Shown here: in pieces, positions 18,325 through 27,421 of the stretch
Layout: each line of letters starts with the position of its first letter
How positions within the stretch are numbered: the stretch's first letter is position 1
From: an uncultured Clostridium sp.
GTDB lineage: Bacteria; Bacillota; Clostridia; TANB77; CAG-508
Direction of reading: 5' to 3'
NCBI GenBank assembly: GCA_930986425.1
Contig: CAKNJR010000009.1
Location: forward strand, 336-64,335
Length of the DNA stretch: 64,000 nucleotides
The notes under the pieces: model-generated
Seen by the model: the letters and a program-made list of their open reading frames with translations, nothing else
The model's database searches: none
Told to the model about the DNA's origin: nothing
Translations under genes and position numbers: made by a program

Positions 18325-20301
18325 ATGGGGTTATCTAATTCATCTACTGGTAAAAAGGTTTCCAATAGTCTGAATGATTTTTCTAATTTTGATTTTACCG
18401 TAGCCATTGCTGGGAATCCTAATGTAGGCAAATCCACTATTTTCAATGGACTTACTGGGCTTAATCAACATACTGGTAATTGGACTGGTAAAACTGTTGA
18501 AAATGCAGCAGGCATTTGTATACATAATAATCAAAAATTTTTGTTGGTGGATATTCCTGGCACATATTCTCTTATGGCAGATTCTGAGGAAGAAAAAATT
18601 GCCAGAGATTACATAGATAGCAACAAAGCCAATGCTACTGTGGTTATTGTTGATGCTACTTTACTTGAAAGAAATTTGAATTTAGTTTTTCAGATTATGA
18701 ATTTGACTAATAATGTAATTGTTTGCGTTAATCTTCTTGATGAGGCTAAAAAGAAAGGCATCAGTATTGATTTAGATAAACTATCGTTACTTCTTGGAGT
18801 TCCTGTTGTTGGAACTATTGCTAGGAAGAAGAAGACTTTGAATCATTTGATTAATACTATTGCTGATGTATGTAATAAAAAAATAGAGCCTATGCCTAAT
18901 ATTATTGATATTGATAATACTCTTCTTGGAAATACAGAAACCAAAACTGATAGTTCAAATATAGAAACAAAAAATCAAGAAAAAATCTTCCTTGATAAAG
19001 TTTTTGAAAGAGCGCATGAAATTGTTGCAGAAGTTGTTACTGTTAAAGATGAAAATTATAATGAAAGAGATAAAAAGATTGATAGAATACTTACTTCTAA
19101 GAAGTTTGGTATTCCTATAATGATACTTTTCTTTTGTTTAATTTTTTGGATTACTATTGTAGGTGCTAACTATCCATCTGAATTATTGTCCGCTTTTTTT
19201 ACAAATATTGGACCTTATATCAGAGGATTTTTTGTATACATTCAAACTCCTTCTTGGCTAGTCTCTTTGCTTTTTGATGGAATTTACAAAACTGTTACTT
19301 GGATTGTTAGTGTTATGCTCCCTCCTATGGCAATATTTTTTCCACTTTTTACTTTATTAGAAGACTTGGGATATTTGCCTAGAATTGCTTTTAATTTGGA
19401 TAAATGTTTTAAGAAATGTTGTTCTTCTGGAAAGCAAGCCCTTACAATGTGCATGGGCTTTGGCTGTAATGCTGCTGGTGTTGTTGGATGCCGAATTATT
19501 AGTTCTAAAAGAGAAAGACTAATTGCCATACTTACTAATAATTTTGTACCTTGTAATGGCAGGTTTCCTTTCTTAATAACTATTGCCACAATATTTTTTA
19601 CTAGCGCCGCCCATGCTGGTGAGAGTCTAAAATCTAGCTTAATTGCTACTTTTATAGTTTTTATTATTGTATGCATTGGAATTGGTTTTACTTTTTTAGT
19701 TTCATACATACTTTCTAAAACTATTTTGAAAGGTGCTACTGATTGTACTTTGCTTGAACTTCCACCTTATAGAAAGCCTCAGATTGGTAAAATACTTGTA
19801 CATTCTCTTTTAGATAGAACTTTATTTGTTTTAGGAAGAGCTTTATCTGTTGCTGTTCCTGCAGGAATTTTAATATGGATTCTTTCTAATGTACAAATAG
19901 CTAATATCAGCATTCTTACTTATATTGCAAATTTCTTTGACCCATTTGCAAAACTTATGGGGCTAGATGGATATATTTTAACTGCATTTTTACTAGGCCT
20001 TCCTGCTAATGAAATTGTGCTTCCTATTATTCTTATGTGCTATACTGGTGCTGGAAGTCTTATTGATACTAGTAGTATTCAAAGTTTGTTTGAAATTTTA
20101 TCTGCAAATGGTTGGACTATAATTACTGCTATAAATGTTATGCTCTTTTCACTTTTACACTTTCCTTGTTCCACAACGCTTCTTACTATTAAAAATGAAA
20201 CAAAAAGTTGGAAATGGACTGCTATTGCATTTTTAATTCCTACTGTGATTGGTATTGTAATGTGCATGATGGTTAATTTGATTTACCACATCATTTTATA
20301 A
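18325..20301 (+). CDS. feoB: ferrous iron transporter FeoB
   Basis: 658 aa, with an N-terminal G domain (IAGNPNVGKSTIFNGLTG, DIPGTYSL) and a polytopic permease domain. Confidence 0.92.
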   Translation: MGLSNSSTGKKVSNSLNDFSNFDFTVAIAGNPNVGKSTIFNGLTGLNQHTGNWTGKTVENAAGICIHNNQKFLLVDIPGTYSLMADSEEEKIARDYIDSNKANATVVIVDATLLERNLNLVFQIMNLTNNVIVCVNLLDEAKKKGISIDLDKLSLLLGVPVVGTIARKKKTLNHLINTIADVCNKKIEPMPNIIDIDNTLLGNTETKTDSSNIETKNQEKIFLDKVFERAHEIVAEVVTVKDENYNERDKKIDRILTSKKFGIPIMILFFCLIFWITIVGANYPSELLSAFFTNIGPYIRGFFVYIQTPSWLVSLLFDGIYKTVTWIVSVMLPPMAIFFPLFTLLEDLGYLPRIAFNLDKCFKKCCSSGKQALTMCMGFGCNAAGVVGCRIISSKRERLIAILTNNFVPCNGRFPFLITIATIFFTSAAHAGESLKSSLIATFIVFIIVCIGIGFTFLVSYILSKTILKGATDCTLLELPPYRKPQIGKILVHSLLDRTLFVLGRALSVAVPAGILIWILSNVQIANISILTYIANFFDPFAKLMGLDGYILTAFLLGLPANEIVLPIILMCYTGAGSLIDTSSIQSLFEILSANGWTIITAINVMLFSLLHFPCSTTLLTIKNETKSWKWTAIAFLIPTVIGIVMCMMVNLIYHIIL

Positions 20302-20352
20302 ATTTCAGGCACAATTTCGTGATTTCAAAAATAATTAGCTTGTATTTAGTCG

Positions 20353-20382
20353 TAGAGCAGATTCGCGGTCTGCTCTATTTTT
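20353..20382 (+). terminator. rho-independent terminator of feoB
   Basis: tagagcaga (20353-20361) pairs with tctgctcta (20369-20377), followed by TTTTT. Confidence 0.8.
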
Positions 20383-20385
20383 ATG

Positions 20386-20421
20386 CAAAAAAATAGTATG
20401 TGCATTCGCGGTACACATACT
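20386..20421 (-). terminator. minus-strand rho-independent terminator closing the polymerase-toxSAS-PanA operon
   Basis: The agtatgtg / cacatact stem (20395-20402 and 20414-20421) is preceded on the plus strand by AAAAAAA, which is a U run on the minus strand. Confidence 0.65.
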
Positions 20422-20597
20422 TGTTACATCTTGAATAACTAGCGACATTCAAGATTCATTCACTTGTACTTAAATAATATCATATATTTTCTTATTTGTT
20501 AAGTAATTTTTCAAAAATTTATGTTCGATTATTTAAGCTTTGACTAGCATATGCTTTATTATAGTTTAGTTATTTTTTATTAATAAATGTTTCTATT

Positions 20598-21350
20598 TTA
20601 TACTTGTTCATTTTTATGAAATTCTTTAATTGTTTCTAATTTTATTTGCATATATGGTAACCATCTACTTCTAAATGTTTTACTCCAAGGAGTATCTTGC
20701 CTGTGCGTTATTTCTATCAACCTTGAAGCTGATAATTTTCCATATTTTTTTAATGTTCTATCTATACTTATTATCTTTTCTGTTCCATCTTCTGCAAACA
20801 TTATTCTACTTTTAGAAGGCATTTCATATATACCTTCACTTTTTATATCTCCTTTTTCTTCTTCTATTGGTTTGTATCCGTATTTTTTATATTTGTCATA
20901 AACCGTTTCTACCACTGGTCCATATTGAAATGCATATATTTTGTCTGTAAATAACTCTTTATCGGTTTCACATAAGTAATCCGCAAAACATAAGTAAACT
21001 AATTTTTGTAACTTTAGTTGTGTACATTTTACTTTTGATAATATATATTTGGCAACATCTATTCCTTCTAATTTTCTATCTTTTTGTATTAACCTTATAA
21101 ATTCATCAAGCCTTTTTACTACTTTTACATCTTTAAAGAAATGATCTGCTTCACATACTGATTCCCACGTTTCATCTTTTGCTTGTATCATATGAGTTGA
21201 AATTGAAACATCTTTTCCGCACTTTTGCACTATTTCATCTAAGTCTTTTTTTAATTTTTCTTGTATTTCTTTGTCATCTACAATAAAGTCCAATGCTATT
21301 CTTGTTCCTTTAGAATATGAACTACTCATAAATATAAAGTGTGTTACCAT
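20598..21350 (-). CDS. Panacea (DUF4065/SocA-like) domain antitoxin, PanA-type, with a ~95-aa unassigned N-terminal domain
   Basis: The C-terminal 150 aa, KLQKLVYLCFADYL...YAFQYGPVVETVYDKYKKYG...LSASRLIEITHRQDTPW, matches the DUF4065 pattern. A strong SD AAGGAGG is present. The ATG overlaps the upstream stop (TAATG). Confidence 0.7.
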   Translation of the reverse strand: MVTHFIFMSSSYSKGTRIALDFIVDDKEIQEKLKKDLDEIVQKCGKDVSISTHMIQAKDETWESVCEADHFFKDVKVVKRLDEFIRLIQKDRKLEGIDVAKYILSKVKCTQLKLQKLVYLCFADYLCETDKELFTDKIYAFQYGPVVETVYDKYKKYGYKPIEEEKGDIKSEGIYEMPSKSRIMFAEDGTEKIISIDRTLKKYGKLSASRLIEITHRQDTPWSKTFRSRWLPYMQIKLETIKEFHKNEQV

Positions 21351-21964
21351 TAGTTATTACCTCCTTTACTCTCATTTTCCCATCTTACATAGTCTTGTTT
21401 ATATTTTTCGTGAGATTTTATATTATTAATTTCATCCGATTTATTCCAAACTTGTAATTCCCATTGATAACTATAATTATCTTTTTTAAAATATATATGC
21501 ATTGCTTTGTATTCTTTTTTAGAAGAGTCTATGCATTTTAATTTATCAAACTTGTCTGTTATTAATTTCATAATTTGTTCTTTTGTAAGTTCTATTCCAC
21601 ATATAATTCTTATTCCAAACAAATCATTAAAGCATTTATTTATTGGTACTCTTCCATTTTCATGATTCTTTATATAGTTCTCCATCTTATATTCGATAGA
21701 GTTTTTAGCTTTTGCTCTAATATTAACTTTAGAATTTTCATTGTTAAATTGCTTAAAGTCCATTATTAATTGTATTATATTTTCATTTATAAAATCTCTG
21801 TATTGTATTATATTATTAAAATTTTCTTTATTATCTATTAAATCACATACTAAATTACTTTTTAAGTTTATCTTTTTGTAATTTATGCTGTTTTCCCATT
21901 TATCTGTTATATTATTATATTCTGATTGTATAAAATTAATAAGCTTTTCTAAATCTTCTATCAT
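21350..21964 (-). CDS. RelA/SpoT-homologue small alarmone synthetase-like toxin (toxSAS)
   Basis: RelA_SpoT nucleotidyltransferase motifs are present in order: RAKAKNSIEYK, DLFGIRIIC, YKAMHIYF, WELQVWN, SHEKYK. SD AAGAGGA lies before the ATG at 21964; the track GTG at 22018 has no SD. Confidence 0.7.
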   Translation of the reverse strand: MIEDLEKLINFIQSEYNNITDKWENSINYKKINLKSNLVCDLIDNKENFNNIIQYRDFINENIIQLIMDFKQFNNENSKVNIRAKAKNSIEYKMENYIKNHENGRVPINKCFNDLFGIRIICGIELTKEQIMKLITDKFDKLKCIDSSKKEYKAMHIYFKKDNYSYQWELQVWNKSDEINNIKSHEKYKQDYVRWENESKGGNN

Positions 21965-22022
21965 ATATATTTTCCTCTTTATAATTTTATCATATATTTT
22001 TTTTACATGCAATATCACCTTT

Positions 22023-22337
22023 TCACATTATCTCAATCTCTATTATATCAAAAAAATTAATAGCACTCGTAGTCACGATGATTGTTCTGTTAATTTTATC
22101 TATTTTATTTACCTTTCCCTTAATTTTGGTATATTTATTTCCATCATAATAAGTAATTTGCACAATTTTATTAGTATCTATTGCATTTAATTTCATTGAT
22201 AATTCTTCATTTGCTTCATCAGACAATTCTTTTCTTTTTATATGCACTTGCTCTTTTTCTTTTAATGCATCTTTAAATCCTGTTAATGCATCAAATGGCA
22301 TAAACTGCCTTGCTCGTTCTGCTCTAATCATAGGCAT
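22023..22337 (-). CDS. YolD-like protein (accessory factor of Y-family polymerases)
   Basis: 104 aa. The RA..FMPF.AL.G N-terminus is typical of YolD. It overlaps the 3' end of the polymerase gene by 14 nt. Confidence 0.75.
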   Translation of the reverse strand: MPMIRAERARQFMPFDALTGFKDALKEKEQVHIKRKELSDEANEELSMKLNAIDTNKIVQITYYDGNKYTKIKGKVNKIDKINRTIIVTTSAINFFDIIEIEIM

Positions 22338-23589
22338 TATGACCTCCTATCAATTTGTTTCTAAGTATTGTTGTAGCTCCATTTTCTAAATCCATGCCCC
22401 TTACTATTGCGTTTTTGCCTAACTTTTGTTTTATATTACTTATTGCTAATTCTATTCTTCTTTCTTTTGTAATTTTTTCTTGATTTTCAAATAAACTAAG
22501 TTGCTGTGCTTCATCGCTCACTAATCTGTTAAAGCTAACTCCTATTCTTCTTATTGGAACTGTTTTATTAGTTGTGCTATCATAAAGTTTTAGAAAATAA
22601 GCCATTAAATCTGAATATGTATTAGTATAGTTTGCCAATTTCATACTTCCGCCAGTTGAATTTATTATATTTTTTGAATATCCAATATACAAACCTATTG
22701 TGTCTGTTATTAGATTTTTTTCGACTAATTTTATGCTATTTAATTCAACCATTTCTTTTAGTACTAGTCTTGCATTTTCAAAACTGTAATCTTCAAATAA
22801 AACTTGACTATTGGATATTGAAGTGTTTTTAGTTTTGTAATTTTTTATATCTTTAATTGTACAAGTTTCTCTACCCCATGAATGGTCTATTAAAAATTCT
22901 GCATTTACTCCGAATTCTTTATATAATATTTTAGGATTTGTATGTGCTATATCATACATATCGTATATTCTTTTTTTATTAAGCCTTGCTTCAATTCCCC
23001 TTCCTATTTGCCAAAAGTCTGTTAAAGGTTTGTGATGCCAAAGTTTCCTTTTGTACAATTCTTCATCTAAATATCCTATATTAGTTGGAGTATGTTTTGA
23101 CATTATATCTAATGCTACTTTTGCTAAATATAGGTTAGTTCCAATTCCTACTGTTGCAGTTAAACCATATGTATTGTAAATGTCTTTTAAAATAGTTTTG
23201 GCAAGTTCTATTTCGTCCATTTTATATAATTTAAGATAGTTTGTTACATCTAAAAATGCCTCATCTATTGAATAAACATATATATCGTCTTTTGACAAAT
23301 ATTTTAAGTAGATTGCATAAATATTAGCTGAATATTCTATATATTTTTTCATCCTTGGTTTTGCTATTATATATTTTATATTTGGTGGTATTTCATAAAG
23401 CCTACACCTATTTTTGACTCCAAGCATTTTCATTTTTGGCGATACAGCTAGACAAATTGTACCTTTTCCTCTTGTTTCATCTGCTACTACTAGATTTGTA
23501 CTAAATGGGTCTAACTTTCTTTCTACACATTCTACTGAAGCGTAAAATGTTTTTAAGTCTATGCATAAGTATTTGCTCAATTTTTTCAC
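22324..23589 (-). CDS. Y-family DNA polymerase (UmuC/ImpB/PolY2-UvrX-like)
   Basis: 421 aa, with CIDLKTFYASVECV, SIDEAFLDVT and finger/little-finger architecture. It is distinct from the dinB at 7734. Confidence 0.85.
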   Translation of the reverse strand: MKKLSKYLCIDLKTFYASVECVERKLDPFSTNLVVADETRGKGTICLAVSPKMKMLGVKNRCRLYEIPPNIKYIIAKPRMKKYIEYSANIYAIYLKYLSKDDIYVYSIDEAFLDVTNYLKLYKMDEIELAKTILKDIYNTYGLTATVGIGTNLYLAKVALDIMSKHTPTNIGYLDEELYKRKLWHHKPLTDFWQIGRGIEARLNKKRIYDMYDIAHTNPKILYKEFGVNAEFLIDHSWGRETCTIKDIKNYKTKNTSISNSQVLFEDYSFENARLVLKEMVELNSIKLVEKNLITDTIGLYIGYSKNIINSTGGSMKLANYTNTYSDLMAYFLKLYDSTTNKTVPIRRIGVSFNRLVSDEAQQLSLFENQEKITKERRIELAISNIKQKLGKNAIVRGMDLENGATTILRNKLIGGHNAYD

Positions 23590-23675
23590 CTCTTTTTACT
23601 TTTAAAAAGTTTTAATCATTACCTTTTTAAGCTTGTATTTTAGGTACATTTTTGCTTTTATCAGTTACTTTTTAT

Positions 23676-23715
23676 ATTATATCATCGTACAAGTGTTTTG
23701 TAAACATATGTTCTC
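23676..23715 (-). promoter_or_regulatory. SOS-type promoter with one strong and one weak LexA (Cheo) box upstream of the Y-family polymerase operon
   Basis: The minus strand reads AGAACATATGTTTA (23715..23702 region), then TTTACA, an 18-nt spacer containing AAAACACTTGTACG, then TATAAT (23681..23676). Confidence 0.6.
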
Positions 23716-23802
23716 AAATTTGTTAGTAGAAATTTATTCCTTTTGGTTCATTTGCTCCTTTATTTATGGCTAATTAAATTAACTTAAAGCTTCTCCTAAC
23801 GC

Positions 23803-23847
23803 AAAAAGAACTTTAGGGAGTATTCATCTCTCTCTAAAGTTCTTTTT
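23803..23847. terminator. bidirectional rho-independent terminator
   Basis: A 13+ bp stem aaaagaactttag / ctaaagttctttt is flanked by an A run and a T run. It lies just downstream of the minus-strand gene ending at 23852. Confidence 0.8.
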
Positions 23848-23851
23848 ATTT

Positions 23852-25399
23852 TTATTTATAAATAAGTACAAAATATCTTATTCTTTCTTTTTCATAATCT
23901 GACTCATAATTATTAAATTTTTCATTTGCCAATATTATTTCATCGTCTTGCAAGTTATCTATTTTTTCTTGTACTTCTTCTGCTGTTGTTAATCTAATAT
24001 ACTCTTTTGTTTCATCATTTCCCAATGTTAAATAGTATGTGTATCTCCCCCTAGGGTCAGTATCATCAAAATATACCTTCTTTTTATCTGTGTCATTTGC
24101 ATATATTAAGCTTTGATAAAATCCGTTTGAAAAGCATGTTGACATGTCTATTTTTGGTACATGATATTTATAAAAATATACTGAAAATAGTATAAATAAA
24201 ATTGCATATACTGCTATTGCATCATATTTGAAAACTTTTTTATTTTTTACTTCTTTATATGTTGCCCATATTCCTAGTGTTCCTATGGCTATAAGTACAT
24301 ACCAAATAGAGTTTAGCCTATTTGCATTTGTTTGATTTACTAAAAATCCTGTTAATGTACTCAATGTTAGCCAAGTGATTAACATTACTGATGATGTTTT
24401 ATCTTCATCAGATTTCTTCTTTAGTCTCTTCACGATATCTATTATTCCAAGTACCACAAATACTAAAGTTATATGATATGTTGTTCCAAATAATGATGTT
24501 GTATTCCATAAAATTTTGTCATCTTGAAGTATTATTAATGAGAATGTATCAAGTATATTTTGCAATAATTGCTCTAATTTATTCTCTGAAAATAATAACA
24601 TATCTGTTGTTCTATTTAGATTTTCATAGAATGGTATAGTTATATTGAATATTGTTATTGTTTTGTTTATTCCCAAACCATTTAAAAAGAACATTGTTAC
24701 AATAGGCAATGCAAAGAATATGAATATTGCTATACATACTATTAAATCTGGTATTCTTAATTTTTTCTTTTTTACTAAATATATTGCCATAATCAACAAG
24801 AAAAATGGAACAAAATAGATTGCAATTCCATAGCAATATAATGTTAATGCAAAGAAAAACATCGATAAGTAAATTAAGCCTCTTCTCTTTTCTTTAAGCC
24901 CTGTAACTAGTATGTCCATTGCAAATAGTAAAAAATGTGGAAACATATTACAGTCCAATGACCAAATTGATTGCATTATATGCCATGGTGATATAACTAA
25001 AAGTCCTAATCCTACTAATGCCACATTTTTATTATCCATTATTTTCTTTATAAAATCATAAAATACTACTAAAGAGATTATGCTAATTATTAATGTTGGG
25101 ATTCTTATAGCAAATAGTGTGTAACCAAAAATTTTCACACATATTGCCATCAAATATACAAGAACTACACTTTGTCCTCCCCAACCTAATAAATAAACTG
25201 GAAAGCTTTGTCCTAAAATATCTTTTCCTGTTTCTGCAATTGATTTTGCATTTACAGCTGTCATTATCTCATCAATATTTATTTCCGGAATTCCCTCTGG
25301 AAAATTCCAAACTCTTACGATTATTCCTATTATTAATAATATTGTGAATATAATTTTAGTATAATTCTTTTTTATTGCTTCTTTAAACTTTTCTTTCAT
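23852..25399 (-). CDS. polytopic glycosyltransferase, GT39/ArnT-PMT-like
   Basis: 515 aa with about 11 TM helices in the N-terminal 400 aa and a soluble C-terminal domain. This topology is typical of lipid-linked sugar transferases. The assignment rests on pattern only. Confidence 0.45.
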   Translation of the reverse strand: MKEKFKEAIKKNYTKIIFTILLIIGIIVRVWNFPEGIPEINIDEIMTAVNAKSIAETGKDILGQSFPVYLLGWGGQSVVLVYLMAICVKIFGYTLFAIRIPTLIISIISLVVFYDFIKKIMDNKNVALVGLGLLVISPWHIMQSIWSLDCNMFPHFLLFAMDILVTGLKEKRRGLIYLSMFFFALTLYCYGIAIYFVPFFLLIMAIYLVKKKKLRIPDLIVCIAIFIFFALPIVTMFFLNGLGINKTITIFNITIPFYENLNRTTDMLLFSENKLEQLLQNILDTFSLIILQDDKILWNTTSLFGTTYHITLVFVVLGIIDIVKRLKKKSDEDKTSSVMLITWLTLSTLTGFLVNQTNANRLNSIWYVLIAIGTLGIWATYKEVKNKKVFKYDAIAVYAILFILFSVYFYKYHVPKIDMSTCFSNGFYQSLIYANDTDKKKVYFDDTDPRGRYTYYLTLGNDETKEYIRLTTAEEVQEKIDNLQDDEIILANEKFNNYESDYEKERIRYFVLIYK

Positions 25400-25465
25400 T
25401 TTTTCCCCTAACCGTTACTTTATTTGCCTTTGACATTTTTGTTTCATAATTAGTTTTCTACCAAT

Positions 25466-26191
25466 TTATACTTTTTCTTCTTGCATATTTGTATCTTTAT
25501 TCATTTCTTCATTATATAGTTTCTTTATTCTTCTCTCAAGTTTCATTTTTCTGTATACTCTATTTTTCAATTCTTGTACATTTGCTTTTGAAATTTCTGT
25601 TTTTGGATATTCTGGTTCTAGTATTGTCAAAGTTATAAAAGGTTTTCTTTTTATAAATCTAATTATTCCTTCTGGTTCTCTATAAGTAAAAACTATTGGT
25701 AAAATTGGCACTTGATTTCTTACCGCAAAGTTGAAAGCACCATTTTTAAATTCTCTTATTCCATCATAATATGGTATTAAATGTCCCTCTGGATAAATTC
25801 CTACGATTTCTCCTCTTCTTAGTAATCCATCTATTGTATTTACCATCTTCTCTTTCCCAGACTTTTTTCTTGGTATTGGTATTCCTCTAAAAAGCATTAC
25901 TAAATATTTTATAAATGGTATTTCTAAATTTGATTGAAGTGTTAAAAAATATGGTATTCTTGGAAAAATAGCGAGTGCTATCATTGCGCAATCTATCATA
26001 TTAATATGGTTTGCGACTGTAATATATTCATCTCCCATTTTACTTAAATTTTCTCTTCCTTCTACTTTCAATCCTAGCCATAGCTTTGTTACTAAAAATA
26101 AAATAGGATAAGCAATTAAATATAATAAACTACTTAATATTTTATAAATTAATGAATGATGCAATAAGTCCCCTCTCTTATTCATTCTCAT
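25466..26191 (-). CDS. 1-acyl-sn-glycerol-3-phosphate acyltransferase family protein
   Basis: NHINMIDC (HX4D) and GIYPEGH motifs of the PlsC family. Confidence 0.8.
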   Translation of the reverse strand: MRMNKRGDLLHHSLIYKILSSLLYLIAYPILFLVTKLWLGLKVEGRENLSKMGDEYITVANHINMIDCAMIALAIFPRIPYFLTLQSNLEIPFIKYLVMLFRGIPIPRKKSGKEKMVNTIDGLLRRGEIVGIYPEGHLIPYYDGIREFKNGAFNFAVRNQVPILPIVFTYREPEGIIRFIKRKPFITLTILEPEYPKTEISKANVQELKNRVYRKMKLERRIKKLYNEEMNKDTNMQEEKV

Positions 26192-26252
26192 CTATCCTTT
26201 CTTTACTTTTGCTTCTTTTTTTAGGCCTTTTTGAATATTTTTATAGCATTCT

Positions 26253-27386
26253 TTATTTTATGTTTTTGTATTCTTCTATTTCTTCTTTAAACATTTCTTC
26301 CATTAATTTTACACTATTTTCTATTCTAAATCGATTAGCGAATTCTGCATATTCTTTTCTTTTTTTCTCTAAAATGTTAGGATTATCTAAAAAGTAATCT
26401 ATTTTTTTAGCCAAATTTTCACTATTGCCATGTTCAAATAAGCTGTCTTCGTCCATTGCAAATTGTACAGTTGCTGATTCATTACTGTTTGATATTATTG
26501 GTACATTTCCACATGCAATTGCTTCTAAGCAAGATATAGCCTCTATTTCTGCATCTGCACTATGTACATATATATCTGTATAAGATAATAAATTTACTAA
26601 ATCGTCTTTTGGATAAAATTTCAATATTGGTTTATTGGTAAGTTCTTCTGACTTCTTTTTGTATTCTTCAAAGCATTGGCCTTTTCCTGCTAATACTAAT
26701 TGAATTTTATTTTCATATTTAGATTTTTTTATTGCATCAATTAGTACATCTTGTCTTTTTTCTGGTGAATATCTTCCTACCATTGTAATTATTATTTTAT
26801 TCTTTAATTCTTCTGGCTTTTCAATTCTTGCAAACTTAAATTCTTCTCCAATACCATTGGAAATTACATGTAATTTTGCAGTATATCCATGTTCTTTTAA
26901 TTGGTTGGCGATGAAGTTGCTTGGGCAATGTATATGTCTAAATTTATTGTAGTAGTTTCTAAAATATGTGTATATTGTATCATTTATATGATGGTTAGTT
27001 CCTAATCCTACTGCATAAGTTATATTTTCTGGTTGAACATGAAAAGCTGTTGTATGAGGTATATGCATTTCTTCTGCAATTTTTACACCTTTTTTAGCTA
27101 GTCTAAATGGCATGTAGAAGTGTATTACATCTTGATTTTGGAAAACATTTTTCATTACTTCTTCATCTGGTTTTGCAAATACCATTTCATTTGCTTTAAA
27201 ATATTTATCTATTATTTTAGGAAATTTGTATGTTTTTAATGAGAATTTATCTGCTCCATTTTTCCCTGTGCTTAATATTTGTACTTCATTTCCTGCTTTT
27301 CTTAATCCGTCTACAAATCTTTTTGCTGAAATAGTTGTTCCATTACTTAAATTATCATACTGGTCAATTACAATTAATATTTTCAT
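26253..27386 (-). CDS. glycosyltransferase family 4 (GT-B), possibly a glycolipid synthase
   Basis: 377 aa with an MKILIV...NGTT N-terminus and a GT1/GT4 C-terminal E(X7)E-like region (SADAEIEAISCLEAIACG). It is adjacent to an acyltransferase. Confidence 0.7.
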   Translation of the reverse strand: MKILIVIDQYDNLSNGTTISAKRFVDGLRKAGNEVQILSTGKNGADKFSLKTYKFPKIIDKYFKANEMVFAKPDEEVMKNVFQNQDVIHFYMPFRLAKKGVKIAEEMHIPHTTAFHVQPENITYAVGLGTNHHINDTIYTYFRNYYNKFRHIHCPSNFIANQLKEHGYTAKLHVISNGIGEEFKFARIEKPEELKNKIIITMVGRYSPEKRQDVLIDAIKKSKYENKIQLVLAGKGQCFEEYKKKSEELTNKPILKFYPKDDLVNLLSYTDIYVHSADAEIEAISCLEAIACGNVPIISNSNESATVQFAMDEDSLFEHGNSENLAKKIDYFLDNPNILEKKRKEYAEFANRFRIENSVKLMEEMFKEEIEEYKNIK

Positions 27387-27421
27387 CTTCCCTCACCTAA
27401 AATTTATCTTATTATTATATT

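Noticed and set aside
22016-22018. GTG start for the toxSAS gene, plus the extended track starts of other ORFs (5009, 16812, 31848, 35111, 35857, 42164, 43248, 47409).
   Set aside because: None of these upstream starts has a Shine-Dalgarno sequence. In each case an internal ATG with a good SD coincides with the expected N-terminus of the protein family.
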